NCBI RefSeq assembly: GCF_009914755.1
Contig: NC_060929.1
Direction: 5' to 3' (one strand)
Source of the DNA: the human T2T-CHM13v2.0 reference genome, Homo sapiens
Length of the DNA: 64,000 nucleotides
Shown piece after piece: positions 56,321-64,000 of this stretch; positions within the stretch are counted from its first letter, which is position 1, and every line of letters starts with the position of its first letter. The position numbers and the translations under genes were made by a program. The notes beneath the pieces are model-generated. The model did not search any database. It saw only the letters and a program-made list of their open reading frames with translations, and was not told the DNA's origin.

Positions 56321-56864
56321 CCTAAGGTCTTTTAATTATTATAGAAGGGGTCATAGTCTATTCTTTTCTGAGAATTTGGCAGTGTTAAAATGTCCATCAT
56401 CTCAAATCAAGTTTTCATTGCTCCATCCCGCACTGCTATAAGTCCTCCTTTGCCCACATCCATCTTCAGACTAAAGTCTCTGAATTCTCGAGGCACTTCC
56501 TGCATTCAGCTAATAGTGATGGAATATAATCTATTTTAAATACTGTCTCTATTTTTTTTAATGTGGACCTGTTTTCCTTCTTAGAGTGTAGGCATTTGGA
56601 AAGTAGAGACTATGTCTTACATTATATGGTTACCAACTCCTAGCACAATCCTATTGCCTAGGAACTATTTATATGGCATATGGGTGGATAAATGGGAAAA
56701 TAATAATTGGAGATCAAAGACAGAAAAATTGTTTGAATACCTAAGACAGGTTCTAAAATGGGTTGGGAAAGACAAAAGAAAAAGAAAAACTACTAACTTC
56801 CAAGTAGAAGCATTCCAGAACAGGAAAATGGTATGATAAGTTCATCTGACAGTCAGAATTCTTT

Positions 56865-57167
56865 ATTTTTTACTTTTGTTAATTTTTAGAGACAGGGCTT
56901 CCCTCTGTTGCTCAGGCTGGAGTGCAGTGGTGTTAACATAGCTCACTGCAGCCTTGGACTCCTGGGCTCAAGGGGTCCTGCCACCATACCCTCCTGTGCA
57001 GCTAGGACTGAAGGTATGTAGTACTGTGACAGGCTGATTTGTAAATTTTTTGTATAGATAGGCTCACTATGTTGCTCAGGCTGGTCTTGAACTCCTGGCT
57101 CCAAGCAATCTTCCTGCCTTGCCTCCCCAAATACTAGAATTACAAGGGCGGGTTACTGTACCAAGCC
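56865..57167 (-). mobile_element. AluJ, full length
   Basis: Diverged Alu; TSD AGAATTCTTT at 56855-56864 and 57168-57177. Confidence 0.9.
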
Positions 57168-59324
57168 AGAATTCTTTCTAATTTAGGGGGAACAAAGCTC
57201 AACTTGGATCTTCCTTTGTGGTTGTATGTGTGTATGTGTAGATACAATATGCAATCATATGTATATATGTTGTATGCACATATATATCCTGCAATAAAGA
57301 CATTTTTTTTCTATGCTCAGAAAGGCCAGCCTGGCAATATAGTGCTGTTATAAAGAATAACCATGAAGATGAATAGAAGGATCTATAAGAGAATGGCTAC
57401 ATTCTAAGGTCAAAGTCATAGCAAAATCCAAAGCTCTTGGAAACAGCAGCAAAGTTAGGAATTTATTGAGTGTACCTGTAACCCCTTTGTTCCCTGGGAA
57501 TTCCTCTGTAGAGTTTAAGTCATGTGGCATAGTGGGTATCCTGGCAACATTAGCAGACAGCAGACCTCATTACCTTATATTAATATTTTTATCATTGTAT
57601 TAGATTAGGTAAAGTGGAAGCTTGTTTTAGTAAGAAAGAGGAAAAATTTGAAAACATCTGAAAGGCCCAAGCCATGCTTGGAGGAATGATGAAAAGATTT
57701 GATCAGACATAAAATTAGGGAATTTTGCGGTGACTATGTAAGATTTTAGTTTGATGCATATTTTTGTGCCATTAACTTTAATAATATACTTTAAATAAAT
57801 TTAATTGAATGAAATATCTTTTTTTATTGTAATCTATTCTTTTTCCATAAGTCACATTTACAGGCAGTTCTAACGAGTTTGGCTTTTGCTCTGGTAATAT
57901 GTGTTTCCCTCTATCCAGACTTCTCATTTAATTTTACTGTTTTTACTCTCTAAACTGTTTCTGAAATAAGAAATTTTAAGCAAGCCTCCCTCCCACCCAA
58001 TCTTCTGGAAGACTGTTGTTCCAAGAGAACCACAATTGATTCACTAATTTTCTTCATAGTCTAATTAGTGGCTGTTATCAGATTAATCTATAATTATCTG
58101 GAAGGAGTTCATAGAATAGCCTTTTGGCAAAGTAAAATTGTGCTTTGAATTATTTTAAAATCACATATCGTGTAAAGATTCTAACTGCAACTCCTACAAA
58201 ATTGCTTATAATTGCTCAAAATGTAACTCAAGGTTGTTTTTCTTTACAAGACTTTTCATAAAAATATTTCCTTAAAACCAGTCCACTGCAGCCCTAATCA
58301 GTGAATATGTGTATTCTCGCCTGTCTGGTAGATCTCTATTGATTTGAATTTGGATGTCTGAGGCTGTCATTGCACCATGACAAGGGTTTTAAAGTCATTT
58401 AAATAATTCCCTTTCCTTTGCCTCCATGCACTCAGCACAATTTTCTGATTATGCTGTGGTTTCTAAATAGATTTTTAAAGAGAAATCATGCATTACTGAG
58501 TGACCCTGGATCTTGTGGTCTGTTTTTTCTCATTGGAATTTTGGCAGATGCAGCAGTCTGTTGGGAGTTTCGTTAACATGAAAGAATGATGTTAGTTCCT
58601 TAGAAAGTGAGGAACTCTGAGTACCCTGGCAAAATCATAATTTTAGACTTTAAAAGTGGTACTATACCAAAGAAATGCCTCTCTGATGTGGTCCACTAAA
58701 GGGCTAGCTTGTCCTAGAGCATCTTCATCTCATGCTCTATAAATGCTGCATAGGTATCATGTGCTGGCCATGCGACTAGGAAGGATTGGCTTCCTTGACA
58801 CACCTGGGGAGTCTTTACTGTCTCTCTCCTCCTAACTAGCTATAACATGGAGTGGGGAGAATCTTCTTGTTTGATAGCTCATTTCCTGGTAAGAGCAGAG
58901 TAGAACATAGTCTCGGTCCAGCTTCATGGACTAATTCTACCGCTGTATACATGGCTTAACTTTTCCTCTTGCTTCTTTTCATTATTATTTTCAGAGATGA
59001 GCCATGTATTTTTCTACATTTTAACCCTGAAATGATCTGCTGGGTATTACCAAATATTACCATAATAGTTTATGTATCATCACAAGAGACATATGAATTA
59101 CCTCAAATAATTTGTCATATACAGGATGACATATATGAAGTTACAGCTTCAGGAAATACTTATCCCTCATTAGTTATTTACCATGCATAAATATATATCC
59201 TCTCTTCATAAAGTCTTAAAAATAAATTTCTTTCTTTCCATATCTAACAATGCCTGTACAGACCAGGTCCTCAATTGCTGTAGTCATAATATTACTTTTT
59301 AAATGTCTTTTGTCCTACATGGGT

Positions 59325-59480
59325 ATAGTCATAAGGGCTTGAGACTGGGAACCAGGAGACATAGGCCACTAATTAACATGAATGTGAATAAATTAGTCAC
59401 CTACCTGGACCTCAGTTTTTTAAGTATAAAAGAATAGGGATAGACTAGAAGCTTTCTAGAAGTCCTTGCTGCACTGAAAA
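59325..59480 (+). mobile_element. MIR3/MIRc fragment
   Basis: gactgggaaccaggagac...ctggacctcagtttt...gactaga. Confidence 0.55.
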
Positions 59481-59974
59481 GGAATTGCTTTGTCAATCCC
59501 CCAGTTCCCACCTCTACCCCAAAGTCCCAATAGCTCTCCACTCTTTAAAGAAGAAACTTTAGCATCTGAGGCCTTTATATTTATGGTAAATCTAATTTAA
59601 AACACTTTCCTCCTACTTGATCTTGTTCTACTGATGGTTCTAACCACATGGTTTACATTGATGACTTCTCCCTCTTTGCTCCTGCTGCTCTTCCCATCTC
59701 TTCCCTCTTCTGTGCTTGTTTCAGTTTTACCCTTCTTTCAACATCTGGATGAGGCATGCAGCTGTAATGCCTTCCCTAATCATCTTTCAACACTTGCCAT
59801 GATTTTTGCCTTCATTAGGTTCACATTTGGCCTGAATATGCATTCCTGGGAACCTTGTATTCTGCAAAATTGTGCACTAATCAAGTATCAGAACTTACAA
59901 GGAAAATGTGCTTGGGGCAGGTCACTCAAAACCTAAGCTTTGTGACCAGACCACTAACAAGAATAACAGTAATC

Positions 59975-60343
59975 TGATATGGTTTTGCTCTGTGTCCCCA
60001 CCCAAATTTCGTGTTGAGTTGTAATTCCTAATGTTGGGGGAGGGACCTGGTGGATGGTGATTGGATCATGGGGGCGGATTCCCCCTTGCTGTTCTCATGG
60101 TATTGAGTGAGTTCTCATGAGATCTGATGGTTTAAAAGTGTGTGACACTTCCTCCTAGTTTGCCATATGAAGAAAAGGCTTGCTTCCCTATTGCCCTTCT
60201 GCAATAATTGTAAGTTTCCTGAGGCATCCCCAGCCATACCCTCTGTACTGCCTGTGGAACTGTGAGCCAATTAAACCTCTTTTCTTTATAAATTACTCAG
60301 TCTCAGGTAGTTCTTTGTAGCAGTGTGAGAACAGACTAATACA
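59975..60343 (+). mobile_element. THE1D-like solo LTR
   Basis: TGATATGG...ACTAATACA; perfect TSD TAATC at 59970-59974 and 60344-60348. Confidence 0.93.
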
Positions 60344-60551
60344 TAATCCTAATACAAATTTTAGTTTCAAAAGACCTAAATTCCAAATAAATAAAATACT
60401 GCCGTAAATGTATTTTAAAATTGAAAACAAAGGTATTTTCATAATGGGAGTGGCATGGGGGGAAAGATATCAGGCATAACTACTGAGTTAGAAAGACAAG
60501 AGCAAACTGTAGCAACATCTAGAAGAACCTGAAATAACTGTTTTCAAGACA

Positions 60552-60593
60552 GAGTACATGACCAAACTGAGTCAGGAGTACATGACCAAACTG
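60552..60593. repeat. Direct repeat, 18 bp x2, period 24
   Basis: GAGTACATGACCAAACTG at 60552-60569 and 60576-60593. Confidence 0.95.
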
Positions 60594-62575
60594 GTGCAAA
60601 TCTGCAATGGCTTGCTGTATTCAGCTGTATTGCTATATTCAATTTTGTTAGTGTTCTTTGAGTTCAACTGCTAGTACTTGGTGGCACAAATTATTACTGG
60701 GCCAAAATAATCATGTATAAATCAATACAACTTTAACGTTATCCTGGTATCATTTCTTCATTTACCAATCCCATAAATCCTATTTGTATTTATATCAAAA
60801 CAAATTATTTACTTTTTTTGCTTTAGGTATTTTATGTGTCACTAGCAGATATTTTATTTCAGTAATAATGAAAAAGGGCCTAGGCATATGAAAGATTTCA
60901 CTGGGTGCTCAGCTTGCTAATTTGTCTTCCTTACAAATGATTTCTGAAAACAATTACTTTCATGATGGGAATCTCTTTTACTGTCTTGTAAATTCCTTGA
61001 AGAGGATCATGCCTGAAATCTTTTTAGATTCCCAGAGGCACTATATTTTGATCTACTGCGTGCTCAAAATGTTCTTGACTAATGACTGATTGCTGAAAAT
61101 GCACACACAACTATAATTGGAGGCAAATATTTAAATCTTATTTCTCTAACTAATGATGGTCTTTAAACCATTATTCTAAATATTTATCTTACCAATCATG
61201 AATACAATTAAGGAAATAGATTAAGGTTTGCATTCAGTAAATCAATGGAGGAAAAACTATACAATTATCTATATGTTATGTCTTATTGAGCTCGTTATTG
61301 TTCTGGTTAGAAATGAAATACAGCTGCTGAGGGAAACCACCTTTGTGTACAGCACTTTTGCCATTGTGGACCTGTGGGAAAAAGAGAGCCCAAACAATTC
61401 TAAGCATTTCCGCAATTCTACCCTTAACAAATTAAAAGTACCAATCCCAAAGGAATGGATAGCAGCTACTTAAAGCAGAAAGTGTCTTTGTATGTGGGAG
61501 CCAGCATACTTCCTGTGCTCAGCAGGCATGTGGTGCTGGTGTGGGGAACTTGTCAATGAGTGCATGTCGAGTGCCATCGTGCACTTCACACATGGAGGAA
61601 ATCTGCTGCCAGGTTCTGTGTGCTGCCAGTAAACAGGTTGCTAAACCTATATTACTCTGAAAATAATCAGAATACGAAAATATGTTTCCTCTCTCCACTT
61701 TCTAACAGAATGCCGATAACGTGGTCTCTAATGAGCTATGTGTCACTCACATCTTCTAAGTTGAGAGAAAGGAAAAAACAGGACATACTATTTTAGAATC
61801 TGGTGGTGTTTTGTGTTCCTCAGAAGCCACTTTGGCCAAAGAGAACTTGATGTCAGGGTGGGTGAAATTATTAGATTTCTCCCTGGGGAAAGAGATATTG
61901 CTATGGGAAACAGATGGAAGTAATTGTGTGAAGTATAGGCCATCACAGAGGCACTACTGATGAGCATGGACACTAATAATAGGTGACAGATTCTTTTTTA
62001 GCGGTGGGCTCATGGTAAAGGGAGCAACTGAAGAGAGGTTTATTTATAGGAATACCTTGCGTTGTGGAGCACGGAAACTCAGCCTTCCAAATAGTTACTT
62101 GGTTTCACTGCAACTATTAGCTACCTGCAGCCAATATTTTTTATCTGCTAGATGTGACTAAGAATGTGACTCTAATTATGACAAATGACAAACACACTGA
62201 AAGCTGGAGTCCAAGGCCAAGTGCTTGAAGTCCTGGTAGTTATTAATGTTATTCGCTGGTTCTCAGATGAATTAATTTAAAGCCTATTTATCCTCTGGCC
62301 ATTTTTCCTCTTTTAAAAATATTAAGAAAATGACCCCTTTTATTATGGTAATTTTCTCCTGCACTTTATAAATTTTAGACATATTACATGTTTTGATTAG
62401 AAAGAATATGACATGAGTCAATGTAGCTTCCATTCCAAGTACTTGCTGCTATTTGGAAACAGTATAGAAAAATAGTTAAAAAATATAATATTTAGAAGAA
62501 TGCAGACCTGAGCCTGAATGATGGCCAGGGTTAATAACAATGTCTGCCCAAAGATTTTCGTGAAAATTGAATTTT

Positions 62576-62750
62576 CAGGGACTCTCAGTATTCACTGTCC
62601 TTCAGAATCTCTTGGGGAAATGTAAAAAATACGGACATCTAAGTCCGACCCTTAAAAAATCTAAAACAATTGATCTGTAGCAGACCTGGGCAGCTGTATT
62701 TTTACAAGCTCTTGATGTTCTAAGGTGCAGCTAGAACTGAGAGCAATTTA
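62576..62750. mobile_element. MER5-type DNA transposon remnant
   Basis: cagaatctcttgggg...aaaaatacggac...ctgtatttttacaagctc. Confidence 0.55.
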
Positions 62751-63341
62751 CTTTAGATCATACATGTGCAAGCAGTATGTTAAAAGGGCAATGCCTGCTA
62801 TAAGTTGTTATTTAGTTAATGGTAGTGATGGTGATGGTGAAGGAAGAGAAGGACTTTCTTTGTTCATCTAGGCAGATAATGGGCACAAGGAACTCTCAGT
62901 TAATTTTCACCTCAGAACAAATCACATTCTGATTTCTGAAATCGTAACACTCGGAAAAGAGTTTTGGAAAAATGAGGAAATAGCCTGTGACTTTCCCTTC
63001 CCATTCAAGTTTGAAGGGTCATCACCCAGTAAAATTAGCCTAATTAATGATGGGAGTCTCCAGGAAAGTGTCTGTTTAAAAACAACATAACGAAATCACC
63101 TTATTCAGGGAGGAGGGTGGGGAAGATTTCCTCTCTCTGTGCATTTCAGTAAAGTCCAAATAAGTTTATCTCTAAGAAGTTCCTTTTTCCAATTTCAAAT
63201 ATGGTGTATTGCTGATACTGCTGCACAAGTCATCAAAATGCTTTTCATCACTTGTAATGGGGAAAGTTAGAAAGTTTGTGCGTGTAAGGTGTTAAAGACA
63301 CTGAAAAATAAAACAAGCCAACTGAACTGCTGAATCAGGTT

Positions 63342-63639
63342 TTTTTCCCGCCTCTCTGAGACGGAGTCTCATTCTGTCCCCCAGGCTGGAGTGCAAGTGG
63401 TGTGATCTCAGCTCACTGCAACCTCTGCCTCCTGGGTTCAAGCGATTCTCCTACCTCAGCCTCCTGAGTTGCTGCTATTACAGGTGCGTGCCACCATGTG
63501 CAGCTGATTCTTATATTTTTAGTAGAGGTAGGGTTTTGCCACATTGGCCAGGTGGTCTTGAACTCCTGACCTCAAGTGATCCACCTGCCTCAGCCTCACA
63601 AAGTGCTGGGATTACAGGCATGAGCCACCATGCCTGGCC
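63342..63639 (-). mobile_element. AluS (Sx/Sz-like) with atypical tail
   Basis: Full Alu body; TSD TGAATCAGGTT at 63331-63341 and 63640-63650. Confidence 0.95.
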
Positions 63640-64000
63640 TGAATCAGGTTCTTAAAGGACAACTTGAGGAAAAAAATACTATACATTATACCTAGAGATT
63701 GAATTATATATTAGCTCATCAGATCAAAAAAGTTCATTTTTCTGATATGAAAAAATAAATTGCATTTCAAATCTTGAAAGGTCTCATAATTTAGTTGTAC
63801 TTTTTTGTATAAAATAATTTTCTTTCTCTTTTGTCTTGCAGATCATTGTGATCTCAACAGGATGTTAAATTTCTCAGAAGTTAGCATAGTATCTGTGAAA
63901 GATATCTTATAAAATGAATTTTAATGAACTGTTTGATCTTTTTTTCTGGAGTAATCCCTTTTTACAAGTGTTCTTGTGTTTTGTATATTATATTATTAGA

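Overview
This is repeat-rich, CpG-depleted primate (most likely human or ape) genomic DNA that reads as intergenic or deep-intronic. It has no CpG island, no recognisable protein-coding gene and no rRNA, tRNA or CRISPR array. Roughly half is interspersed repeats: Alu/FLAM SINEs, MIRs, L2, several L1s, MER5 DNA transposons and many LTRs (LTR7/HERV-H, LTR1, THE1/MST, MLT1/MLT2, MER4, MER57 and others), many with readable target-site duplications (TSDs). All long ORFs in the track are decayed L1 ORF1/ORF2, ERV-L gag or THE1 internal sequence. Four observations stand out. (1) A three-LTR THE1 provirus carries a captured block from another locus, resembling retroviral read-through transduction. (2) A chimeric provirus has a THE1D-type 5' LTR, an ERV-L PBS/gag region and an MLT2A 3' LTR inside one near-perfect TSD. 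(3) An L1PB has an apparent 5' transduction and a large internal deletion. (4) A speculative minus-strand transcript has a TATA-like/Inr promoter near 18.2 kb and exons that splice in phase into a short ORF beginning MKWLLFFLALTLTG. Repeat subfamily names come from recalled consensus sequences and need RepeatMasker/Dfam confirmation. No novel biological system can be established from sequence alone.
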